Assembly (NCBI GenBank): GCA_963662945.1
Contig: OY759974.1
Coordinates: 736,001 to 800,000 of the forward strand
From: Arcobacteraceae bacterium
GTDB lineage: Bacteria > Campylobacterota > Campylobacteria > Campylobacterales > Arcobacteraceae
Reading direction: 5' to 3'
DNA: 64,000 nt
The notes beneath the pieces are model-generated. The model was not told the origin of the DNA and did not search any database. It saw only the letters and a list, made by a program, of their open reading frames with translations. Made by a program: the position numbers and the translations under genes. Every line of letters starts with the position of its first letter. Position 1 is the first letter of the stretch. This document shows positions 55,477 to 64,000 of the stretch, piece after piece.

Positions 55477-56203
55477 ATTTATACTAGTATTATTATCACT
55501 TTTTTCTCTTAGCTTATTTGCAGCAGAAGATACACCACTTGTAAATCTTTCAGTAGCAGCAGTAGAAAACCCAGCACAATTTGTAAAAACAATTAATATT
55601 GCTATTATTTTAATGCTTTTTGTACTTGCACCAACATTACTCCTAATGGTTACAAGCTTTACGAGACTTATTATTGTTTTTGGGCTTTTAAGACAAGCAT
55701 TAGGATTACAACAATCGCCACCAAATCAAATTATTATATCACTGAGTCTTATATTAACTTTTTTTATTATGGAACCTTATGCAAAAAAAGCTTGGGAAAA
55801 TGGGATACAACCATATATGAATGAAACTATCAATTATGAAGTTGCATTTGATGAATCAGTCGGTCCATTTAAAGAATTTATGATAAAAAATACACGAGAA
55901 AAAGACTTAGCATTATTTTACCGTATTAAAAAAGAAGAAAATCCAAAAAACATTGCAGATGTCTCATTAACATTACTTATGCCTGCATTTGTTGTGAGTG
56001 AATTAAGAACTGCTTTTGAAATAGGTTTTTTAGTTTTTTTACCTTTCTTAGTAATTGATATTATTGTTGCTTCTATTTTAATGAGTCTAGGTATGATGAT
56101 GCTTCCACCCGTTATGATCTCCTTACCAATTAAGCTTATTTTCTTCATTATTATAGATGGTTGGCATTTAATTATTGGAAACCTTGCACAGTCATTTAAG
56201 TAG
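55466..56203 (+). CDS. fliP: Flagellar export gate protein FliP
   Basis: TSFTRLIIV, LRQALGLQQSPPNQ, PAFVVSEL and MMMLPP motifs. Confidence 0.97.
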   Translation: MKIKFILVLLSLFSLSLFAAEDTPLVNLSVAAVENPAQFVKTINIAIILMLFVLAPTLLLMVTSFTRLIIVFGLLRQALGLQQSPPNQIIISLSLILTFFIMEPYAKKAWENGIQPYMNETINYEVAFDESVGPFKEFMIKNTREKDLALFYRIKKEENPKNIADVSLTLLMPAFVVSELRTAFEIGFLVFLPFLVIDIIVASILMSLGMMMLPPVMISLPIKLIFFIIIDGWHLIIGNLAQSFK

Positions 56204-56344
56204 CTTTTAAGACTTTTATAAGACTTTTTTCTCTTTTTATTTCTTTTTTATATACTTTAACATTATTTTATACTATTATCTTTACTTATATAATAAAATA
56301 ATATATAATAACTTTATCTTATATATTAACATAAAGGATTTGTC

Positions 56345-56671
56345 ATGAGTATAGATGAAAGTAGTTTTGATTATAAAGTTTCATTAGCATTAAATAGTCA
56401 AGATGTAAATATCTTAAAAAAACTCAAAAATGATTTCTCAGCAGTTATTAGAAAATCAGTGGCACAAAATCTAAATGCTACACAAGAGATATTGCATGAA
56501 CTAGTATTTGATCCTGTACTAAATGTTTCATATTTAGCAAGTAGACATCCTAACTGTACAATTGAAAGAGATTTTGAAAATACAAATCATCCTTGTGTTC
56601 GATGTAAAGATGATTTTATTAAAATTGAAAACTGTAATAATTGTAAAAAACTTTCTTGCTTTAATTACTAA
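56345..56671 (+). CDS. Small LRV/HEAT-like repeat protein with a C-terminal Cys cluster
   Basis: L.KL.ND....IRKSVAQN.N and L.EL..DP...V repeats; HPCVRC-x9-CNNC. Confidence 0.7.
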   Translation: MSIDESSFDYKVSLALNSQDVNILKKLKNDFSAVIRKSVAQNLNATQEILHELVFDPVLNVSYLASRHPNCTIERDFENTNHPCVRCKDDFIKIENCNNCKKLSCFNY

Positions 56672-56674
56672 ATT

Positions 56675-58243
56675 TTATAGTATTTCATCTATTGCTAAGG
56701 GTCTACTAAAATAGTACCCTTGGGAATAATCAATTCCCAATTTTTGAACTAAACCATGTATGGTTTCGTTTTCTACAAACTCTGCAACAGTTTTAATATT
56801 ATACATTTTTGCAAATTCAACAACTGTTTGTACAACGTCAAAATCTTTTTTATTTTCTATATTTCTGATTAAAGAACCATCTATTTTTAAAAAATCAGGT
56901 TCAAGTCTTGCTAAATAGGAAAAATTAGAATATCCTGTACCAAAATCGTCTATTGAAATTTTTGCCCCATAACTTTTGATAGTATTAACAAATTTATGAA
57001 ATAATACATCATCTTCAATACCTTCTGTTTCTACAAGTTCAAACGTAATATTTTGATTATTTTCATTTTTACTTAATAACTCAATAATTAAATTAAATGT
57101 ACGTATATTTGCAATATCTTCTATGGTAATATTAATACTAATACCTAACCCATTTAATTGATTAATAGTGTGAAAACTTTTTTTGAGTATTGCTCTAGTA
57201 ATTTTATGATAGTATTTTATCTTTTTTGATATATCTATAAATGATATTGGTGAAACTATTTTGTTATTTTTAATTAACCTAGCTAAAGCTTCATATTTTA
57301 TAATTTGTCCACTTTTATTATCAATAATAGGTTGAAAATAAGGAATAATTTGATCTTCTTTAATAGCTTTTTTAATATCAGTGGCAAGTTCTTTATTAAT
57401 CTCGAAATTTGCAAACTTTTCTAATAATTCAGTTTTATAAACAGCATAGCTATAGTTTCTGTCTTTTGCATCTTTAAAAGCTAAATTTGCATTTCGTAAA
57501 CAATATCTATCTCCAATACTTATACCAGAAGTTGCTGTGATTAAAATTTCTAAACCATCAATATAATATGTATTTTCAAATATTGATTTAAGTTTATATT
57601 TAAAGACATCAATCAATTTTTGCTCTTCATAATTTTGTGGAACTTGCTTTAAAATGGCAAACTCATCACCTTGTAATCGATATATCAAACTTCCTTTAAA
57701 AACTTTTTTTAATCTATTGGCCGTTTCTTTTATAACATCATCACCTGTAAATCCACCGTAAAACTCTGTTATATCTGAAAAATTGTCAATGTTAACAACT
57801 GCACAGATATAACTTTTTGTCGGATCAAGATCACTCTTAAGCATATCTCTATTACGTAATCCTGTAAGTTGATCAAAAGTGATTAAATCGATATAGTAAG
57901 TAATATCCGAACTAAAAGAAACATATTCTAAAATTTCACCCTGTTCATTTTTAAAAGGATAAATTACAGTATCTAAATAAAAATCTGTTCCATCTTTAGC
58001 AATATTTTTAAAAATACCTTTCCAAATATTTCCTTTAGTTATTGTATTCCACAAATCTTCATAAAATAAAGGTGAGGTATCTTTTGACTTGAATATATTA
58101 TGTGTATTTCCTATAATATCATTTAATTCATAGCCACTTAGCGCAATATAATTATCATTGATAAATTGTATTTTACCATTTAAATCTGTTTTTGTAACAA
58201 ATCCAGTATCATGTATAATATTTTTATATAAATTATTAATCAT
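56675..58243 (-). CDS. PAS-GGDEF-EAL protein, probable c-di-GMP phosphodiesterase
   Basis: Aer/NifL-like PAS; degenerate QGDEF; intact EAL, DDFGTGYS, KIDGS and AEFVE motifs. Confidence 0.92.
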   Translation of the reverse strand: MINNLYKNIIHDTGFVTKTDLNGKIQFINDNYIALSGYELNDIIGNTHNIFKSKDTSPLFYEDLWNTITKGNIWKGIFKNIAKDGTDFYLDTVIYPFKNEQGEILEYVSFSSDITYYIDLITFDQLTGLRNRDMLKSDLDPTKSYICAVVNIDNFSDITEFYGGFTGDDVIKETANRLKKVFKGSLIYRLQGDEFAILKQVPQNYEEQKLIDVFKYKLKSIFENTYYIDGLEILITATSGISIGDRYCLRNANLAFKDAKDRNYSYAVYKTELLEKFANFEINKELATDIKKAIKEDQIIPYFQPIIDNKSGQIIKYEALARLIKNNKIVSPISFIDISKKIKYYHKITRAILKKSFHTINQLNGLGISINITIEDIANIRTFNLIIELLSKNENNQNITFELVETEGIEDDVLFHKFVNTIKSYGAKISIDDFGTGYSNFSYLARLEPDFLKIDGSLIRNIENKKDFDVVQTVVEFAKMYNIKTVAEFVENETIHGLVQKLGIDYSQGYYFSRPLAIDEIL

Positions 58244-58246
58244 ATT

Positions 58247-58819
58247 CTAAAATTTTTTTCTCAATTCAATTCGTAAATATCTTGGAAATTCTTCAATAAT
58301 ATCTTTATCTATTGATAAAGGGAATATTTTTGTTATATTTTCTTTATTATGCTCGAATAATTTTTCATTACCATCCACAAAAGTCAATTGTTCATAATCA
58401 CCAGACTTTAATAATGTAATTCGAATTTTTAAATACTCATTTTCTGTAGTTGCATTAGTATCTAAATTGTAATTTATATTATCTGCAATATTGTTTTCTG
58501 TAGTAGCTATAAATTGTTTTAGTTTTTGTATATCAACTTTTTTTTCAGTATTTTCAAGAATAAGTTTTTCTTCTGGATTAGCTTCTATTTTGACTTCTTC
58601 TTGACTTTGTGTTTGATTTGAATCTTCTGGCTGAATATTTACTAAGGGTTCTTCAATTTGATGATTTATAGTTGTAGATGCAGCATTTTGTTCTGGGACT
58701 ATTTCTTTTTCATTTAACATAGAATTTGAAATAAAGTAATATACAACTGAGATGATAGCAATAACTACAACTGAGATGATTGTATCTTCTACAAAACTTT
58801 TCATTTTACCATTCATCAT
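58247..58819 (-). CDS. Single-TM hypothetical protein with a linker and a possible TonB-C-like C-terminal domain
   Basis: N-terminal TM, Glu/Gln/Pro-rich linker, compact alpha/beta C-terminus. Confidence 0.65.
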   Translation of the reverse strand: MMNGKMKSFVEDTIISVVVIAIISVVYYFISNSMLNEKEIVPEQNAASTTINHQIEEPLVNIQPEDSNQTQSQEEVKIEANPEEKLILENTEKKVDIQKLKQFIATTENNIADNINYNLDTNATTENEYLKIRITLLKSGDYEQLTFVDGNEKLFEHNKENITKIFPLSIDKDIIEEFPRYLRIELRKKF

Positions 58820-58825
58820 AAATCC

Positions 58826-59020
58826 TTAGTGAGAAAGTTCTTGAAACTCTAATTTTGCTTCATCCAAAAGTTTTTGTGCTGCTTCTAATTCTTTTAAACC
58901 AGCTTTATAAACCTCAACACTTGTACTTAATGTTATTTCAGGGTCAATTAACTTTTCAAGTAATTTTTGCGCCTCTTGAATCTTCTGTTCAAATGAAACT
59001 TTTTCTTGATTTTCACTCAT
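58826..59020 (-). CDS. xseB: Exodeoxyribonuclease VII small subunit
   Basis: SFEQKI...LEKL....ITL..SV..YK.G...L..AQKLL..A pattern. Confidence 0.9.
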   Translation of the reverse strand: MSENQEKVSFEQKIQEAQKLLEKLIDPEITLSTSVEVYKAGLKELEAAQKLLDEAKLEFQELSH

Positions 59021-60122
59021 ATTTTCCCTCCAACATTTGTATTATCTTATCTTCAAATTTTTCCACTTCTACCAAAAAAGCATCGTGCCCATAATCACTT
59101 TCTATCATATCATAAGTACACTTATCACCATTACCTATTTTATCCATTACACTTTTTATCTCTTCCATTTCACTAGGGAAAAACAACATATCACCACTAA
59201 ATGAAATTAAATGCAATTTACATTGTATCTTTTTCAATACATCCTCTAGTTTGTCACTACCTCTAGCAGCATCGAATATATTGATTGTTTTTACAATATA
59301 AAGATAACTTAATGGATCAAAATTATGTGGAAAATTATAACCATTGTACTCTAAATATCTTTCAACTTCAAATCTTCCAAAAAGTTCATATAAACCATCT
59401 TGTCCAACATAATTTCGTCCAAATTTATCATTCATCGAACCTGTAGCTAAAAAGGATATATGGCCCGCCATTCTTCCAATGGCTAAACCTTTTAATCCAT
59501 TTTCTTTAATATCTTTTGGATCATAATATCCATCTTTAAAATCTGGATCATTTCTAATAGCTTCTATGCCAATTTTATTAAAAGCTATTGTCCAAGGTCT
59601 TGTATATGCAGTTGTGGCAAGAGGAATAACAATATCAGCAAAAGTAGGATATTCTATAGCATAACAAAGTGCTTGCATTCCACCCATACTTCCACCTACA
59701 ATAGCTTTTACATGCTTTATTCCCAATTTATCCCACAATGTTTTTTGAGCTTTAACAATATCACTAATTGTTAAAACAGGAAATTTAAATCTGTATGGTT
59801 TACCATTTTTATCTAAACTCATAGGTCCTGTTGATCCAAAACAAGAACCTATATTATTTGTAGTAATTACAAAATATTTTGTTGTATCTATAGCTTTTCC
59901 ATCACCAATTAAATCATCCCAATAACCAGGTTTTCTATCTCCTTTATAAAAACCAGCCGCATGATGAGAGCCTGTTAATGCATGAGTGATAATAATAATA
60001 TTTGATTTTTCCTCATTCATTTCTCCATAAGTCTCATACATAATTTCATAAGACTCTAAAAGCCGACCACTTTCAAGGTAAAGTGGTTTATTAAATGATG
60101 CTTTATTGGTTTCTATTTTCAA
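59013..60122 (-). CDS. metX: Homoserine O-acetyltransferase
   Basis: HALTGSHH, GGSMGGMQAL and YGHDAFL motifs. Confidence 0.95.
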   Translation of the reverse strand: MKIETNKASFNKPLYLESGRLLESYEIMYETYGEMNEEKSNIIIITHALTGSHHAAGFYKGDRKPGYWDDLIGDGKAIDTTKYFVITTNNIGSCFGSTGPMSLDKNGKPYRFKFPVLTISDIVKAQKTLWDKLGIKHVKAIVGGSMGGMQALCYAIEYPTFADIVIPLATTAYTRPWTIAFNKIGIEAIRNDPDFKDGYYDPKDIKENGLKGLAIGRMAGHISFLATGSMNDKFGRNYVGQDGLYELFGRFEVERYLEYNGYNFPHNFDPLSYLYIVKTINIFDAARGSDKLEDVLKKIQCKLHLISFSGDMLFFPSEMEEIKSVMDKIGNGDKCTYDMIESDYGHDAFLVEVEKFEDKIIQMLEGKYE

Positions 60123-60125
60123 ATA

Positions 60126-61385
60126 CTAACCTAGTGCTTTTGTTAAATCAGCTATCAAATCCTCAGGATTTTCAAGACCAATACTCAATCGAATCAAACC
60201 TGCTCCAATTTTTGCTTGTGCTAATTCTTCTTCACTTAATTGTTGATGTGTTGTTGATGCAGGATGTGTGATAATTGATTTACTGTCTCCTATGTTCACA
60301 ACCACACTAAAAATATCAACACCATCAACTATTTTTTTTGCAGCCTCTAATGTCTCAACTTCAAAGCTTAATAAGCCGCTATTTCCACCTTGTAAGTATT
60401 TTACTGCTCTTTCATAATTAGTATCAGATTGTAATCCAGGATAATTTACTTTTTTTACTTTTGGATGAGATTCTAGGAATTGTGCAACTTTTAATGCACT
60501 GCTACTATGTTGTTTTATTCGAAGACTTAATGTTTCTAATCCTTGAATCATTAACCATGAATTAAATGGACTAGGTGCTGCACCTAAATCTCTCAGTACA
60601 CACAATAAAATTCTCATAATAAAAGGGGGAAAAGGTAAATCACTGTATACTAAACCATGATATGATTCATCTGGTTCATTAAAATGTCTATATCTATCAT
60701 TTCCTTTGATTTTTTCACCACTTGTTGCACTATCAACAATAATACCACCAAGTGCTAATCCTTGTCCTGTTGTATATTTACTTGTACTATGTACAACTAT
60801 ATCACACCCTAAAGTAATTGGGTTACATAACATTGGTGTTGCAACAGTATTATCAACAACTGTTATAATATTATATTTATTTGCAATAGCTACAATAGTT
60901 TCAAAATCAGCTACTTGTAGATTTGGATTTGATAAAGATTCAAATAAAATCATTTTTGTATCTTCATCAATAATTTCTTCTAACGAAGATGGATTTGTCA
61001 CATCAAATTTTCTTGTTTCTATACCAAACCTTTTAATTGTATGGTCTGTTAAAGTTGATGTTCCACCATATACCGCATTGGCTACAAGTATATTGTCCCC
61101 TACTTCACAAAGATTTACAATACAAGAAAAAATAGCACTCATACCACTAGCTGTTGCTATAGCTGCTACTCCTCCTTCAAGTTCTGCGAATCGTTTTTCA
61201 AATACTGCAGACGTTGGATTCATCAATCTTGTATAGATATTTCCGAGTTCTTTTAATGCAAAAAGATTTGCAGCATGCTCACTATCTCTAAACTCATAAG
61301 CTGTACTCATATAAATAGGTACAGCCATAGTTCCTTGAGTATCTTTTTCATACCCAGCATGAAGTGCTATTGTTTCTTTTTGCAT
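60126..61385 (-). CDS. metY: O-acetylhomoserine sulfhydrylase
   Basis: IYTRLMNPT, VVDNTVATP, HSTSKY (PLP Lys), NIGDSKS and HPASTTHQQL motifs. Confidence 0.93.
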   Translation of the reverse strand: MQKETIALHAGYEKDTQGTMAVPIYMSTAYEFRDSEHAANLFALKELGNIYTRLMNPTSAVFEKRFAELEGGVAAIATASGMSAIFSCIVNLCEVGDNILVANAVYGGTSTLTDHTIKRFGIETRKFDVTNPSSLEEIIDEDTKMILFESLSNPNLQVADFETIVAIANKYNIITVVDNTVATPMLCNPITLGCDIVVHSTSKYTTGQGLALGGIIVDSATSGEKIKGNDRYRHFNEPDESYHGLVYSDLPFPPFIMRILLCVLRDLGAAPSPFNSWLMIQGLETLSLRIKQHSSSALKVAQFLESHPKVKKVNYPGLQSDTNYERAVKYLQGGNSGLLSFEVETLEAAKKIVDGVDIFSVVVNIGDSKSIITHPASTTHQQLSEEELAQAKIGAGLIRLSIGLENPEDLIADLTKALG

Positions 61386-61463
61386 TTTTTCTCTCTTTAA
61401 TAAAATTTAATTCTATTTTATCAAAATAATAATTTATACTAAATAAAAATAATAAAATTATTT

Positions 61464-64000
61464 TTATGCTACATACACACCATCAAGCTCTTTTAATAAT
61501 GTCTCTGCATTACTATTTATATAATATCCACTATCAAGTTCAATATCTCCCAACTTTGACTTTATAGTCAAAGATATTTCCCTTTTCCCTTGATTTTTAG
61601 AAATTATTTCAAAAATATCATATAAGAGTTTATCATCATTACTAAAAGGTATTGATATATGTAAAGGATCTAAAACTTTTTCAACTTTTTTCCCTTTTTT
61701 AAGTTTTTCATTTTTTGCTTCTTTTAATGATTCAATTTTTAAAAGATTGAATTTTACTCCAAAATCATCTATTTTAGCTCTTACTTTAAAAGCAATTGGT
61801 TTACTTAAATCAAAATCTTCATTGAGTTCTTTGATTCTATCTTCAAAAAGCATCAACTCAATATTTCCATGTAAATCCATAATTGTAGCTATTCCAAATT
61901 TATTTCCTTTTTTAGACATTTTTTCTACAATACTTTCAATTCGTCCTATTAGAAGTGCTTCACTTCCATCAGTCAAACTTTCTATTTCACTGCTTAATGT
62001 GTAATTGATTTCGTCTAATGTTTCTCGATATTTATCTAAAGGATGTCCTGATACATAAAAACCTAAACTTGCTTTTTCAAACTCTAATATCTCTTTATCA
62101 TCATATTCAGGCATATTTTTAATAGATATTTCTACTTTTGTCATATCTTCATCATCGCCAAATAAACTTCCTACAGCTTGTTTTTTTGCTTGTGCAGCTT
62201 TACCTGCTGCTTCTACTATATCTTCAATTTGTTCTAACATAGCTCGTCTTGAGTATTCAAAACAATCAAAAGCGCCAGATTTTATCAATGTTTCTATAAC
62301 TCGTTTATTTACTTTTGAACTATCGATTCGACTTACAAAGTCGCTTAAATCTTTAAATTCCCCTGCTTTTCTAGCTTCTAAAATAGATTTAATAGCTACA
62401 TCACCAGCACCTTTAAGTGCTCCCATACCAAACATAACAACTTTATTTCCATCTATAACACTAGAACTAAATACTAAATCTGATTTATTAATATGTGGAG
62501 GAACAAGTTCAAATCCAAGTCGTTTTACTTCATCAACATATTTTACAACTTTATCAGTATTATCTTTTTCACTTGTTAAAAGTGAAGCCATAAAATCTGT
62601 TGGATAATATTTTTTTAAATAACTTGTATAAAAAGTTACCATAGCATACGCCGCACTATGAGATTTGTTAAAACCATATCCGGCAAATTTTACAATTAAA
62701 TCAAAAAGTTCTTCACAGTGTTGACGGTTATAACCTTTTTTTACACCACCATCTGCAAATTCACCTTTTAACCTATCCATCTCTTCTTTAATCTTTTTCC
62801 CCATTGCACGACGAACTAAATCCGCACCACCAAGAGAAAAACCACCAATAACTTGAACAATTTGCATAACTTGTTCTTGATAAACAATAACTCCATAAGT
62901 TGGTTCAAGTATTGGTCTTAAAGGTTCATCAAATTCATCATAAAAATAATTAATCTCCGCTCGACCATGCTTTCTATCAATAAAATCATCAAGCATTCCA
63001 GACTCCATAGGGCCTGGTCTATATAAAGCAAGTACAGCGATAATATCTTCAAAATTTGATGGTTTCAATCGTTTATTCAAATCCTGCATACCTGAAGATT
63101 CTATTTGAAATAATCCAATAGTATGTCCAGTTTGAATTAAATCATACACCTCTTTATCATTTACATCTATTTGCCTAAAATCAATTCTATTTCCATCTCT
63201 TTTTTCAATAAGTTGTAAAGCACCTTCAATAACAGTAAGAGTTTTTAATCCCAAAAAGTCAAATTTGATTAAATCTACATCCTCAACATATTTTCCATTA
63301 TATTGTGTTGCTAATGTGTCTAAACCTGATGGTTTAAAAAGTGGTGTTTTTTTCCATAAAGCTTCGTTTGAAATAACAACTCCAGCTGCGTGAGTTCCTG
63401 CATTTCTATTTAACCCCTCTAAGGCTAATGCATATTCCCATACTCTTGCTGCTTTTGGATCCATTTCACATAGTTCTTTTATCTTAGGTTCTTTTTCCCA
63501 ACTATCTTTTAAGTTAATTCCTAATTCATCAGGAATAAGCTTTGCCATAGCATCTGCCTGTGCATAAGGCATATCAAGAACTCTTGCAACATCTCGTATC
63601 ACCCCTTTTGCTAGTAGTTTACCAAAAGTAATAATTTGTGCCACATTTGCTCGTCCATATTTTTCTACCACATAATCAATAACTTCTTGTCGTCTTGCTT
63701 GACAAAAATCCATATCAATATCTGGCATTGATACCCTCTCAGGATTTAAAAACCTCTCAAAAAGAAGTCCATAAGGGATAGGATCAATATCTGTAATTTT
63801 CAAAGCAAAAGCTACTAAACTTCCTGCCGCTGATCCACGTCCAGGTCCAACAGGAACTCCTATAGATTTTCCATATGCAACAAAATCCCAAACAATCAGC
63901 ATATATCCAGGAAATTTCATATTATTAATAATATCTATCTCTACTTGTAATCTATCTTTATATTCTTGATGTCGTGAAGGATCTACTATTTTTAATCGCT
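61464..64000 (-). CDS. dnaE: DNA polymerase III alpha subunit, C-terminal part (start lies beyond the window)
   Basis: GPGRGSAAGS, PDIDMDF, KFDFLGL and YGFNKSH motifs; the frame stays open from 63920 to 64000. Confidence 0.98.
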   Translation of the reverse strand, partial: RLKIVDPSRHQEYKDRLQVEIDIINNMKFPGYMLIVWDFVAYGKSIGVPVGPGRGSAAGSLVAFALKITDIDPIPYGLLFERFLNPERVSMPDIDMDFCQARRQEVIDYVVEKYGRANVAQIITFGKLLAKGVIRDVARVLDMPYAQADAMAKLIPDELGINLKDSWEKEPKIKELCEMDPKAARVWEYALALEGLNRNAGTHAAGVVISNEALWKKTPLFKPSGLDTLATQYNGKYVEDVDLIKFDFLGLKTLTVIEGALQLIEKRDGNRIDFRQIDVNDKEVYDLIQTGHTIGLFQIESSGMQDLNKRLKPSNFEDIIAVLALYRPGPMESGMLDDFIDRKHGRAEINYFYDEFDEPLRPILEPTYGVIVYQEQVMQIVQVIGGFSLGGADLVRRAMGKKIKEEMDRLKGEFADGGVKKGYNRQHCEELFDLIVKFAGYGFNKSHSAAYAMVTFYTSYLKKYYPTDFMASLLTSEKDNTDKVVKYVDEVKRLGFELVPPHINKSDLVFSSSVIDGNKVVMFGMGALKGAGDVAIKSILEARKAGEFKDLSDFVSRIDSSKVNKRVIETLIKSGAFDCFEYSRRAMLEQIEDIVEAAGKAAQAKKQAVGSLFGDDEDMTKVEISIKNMPEYDDKEILEFEKASLGFYVSGHPLDKYRETLDEINYTLSSEIESLTDGSEALLIGRIESIVEKMSKKGNKFGIATIMDLHGNIELMLFEDRIKELNEDFDLSKPIAFKVRAKIDDFGVKFNLLKIESLKEAKNEKLKKGKKVEKVLDPLHISIPFSNDDKLLYDIFEIISKNQGKREISLTIKSKLGDIELDSGYYINSNAETLLKELDGVYVA

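Noticed and set aside
55466-56203. fliP isolated from other flagellar genes
   Set aside because: Dispersed flagellar genes are normal in Campylobacterota
61386-61463. SAM riboswitch or T-box ahead of metY
   Set aside because: 78 bp of almost pure A/T with no recognisable structure
61464-64000. Intein or split in dnaE
   Set aside because: The visible part is colinear with ordinary DnaE and shows no splice motifs

Overview
A very AT-rich, gene-dense chromosomal segment from a Campylobacterota (Epsilonproteobacteria) bacterium. Gene order and proteins look most like Arcobacteraceae (inference); rpoB and rpoC are separate genes, which argues against Helicobacter/Wolinella. 1-10.9 kb is the tRNA(Phe,Thr,Tyr,Gly,Thr)-tuf-rpmG-tRNA-Trp-secE-nusG-rplKAJL-rpoBC cluster on the minus strand. 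The rest is mostly housekeeping: murD/mraY, gpmI, PBP1A, two divergent adenylate kinases, moeA, gltA, lpxK, nadE, folD, lepB, rpiB, bioD, fliP, xseB, metX/metY and a partial dnaE. I see no CRISPR array, IS element, integrase or prophage. The best candidate for an under-described system is a tightly coupled four-gene operon (20887-25415): B12-dependent glutamate mutase S and E subunits with intact catalytic residues, a GlmL/MutL reactivase, and a stand-alone adenylating enzyme with an amino-acid-type FDYG motif. There is no methylaspartate ammonia-lyase or carrier protein in the window, and the operon shares a divergent promoter with an RraA/HMG-aldolase gene. Other notable items: a cysteine-stripped SdhB+SdhE fusion paralog directly upstream of a cytoplasmic sdhABE operon; a Cache-PAS sensor that lost its output domain and now reads through a terminator; a Tat-exported HiPIP with a structured leader; several small Cys-motif proteins preceded by 11-bp-period tandem boxes; and several probable pseudoenzymes. 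All family assignments come from motif recognition by eye, without database searches.
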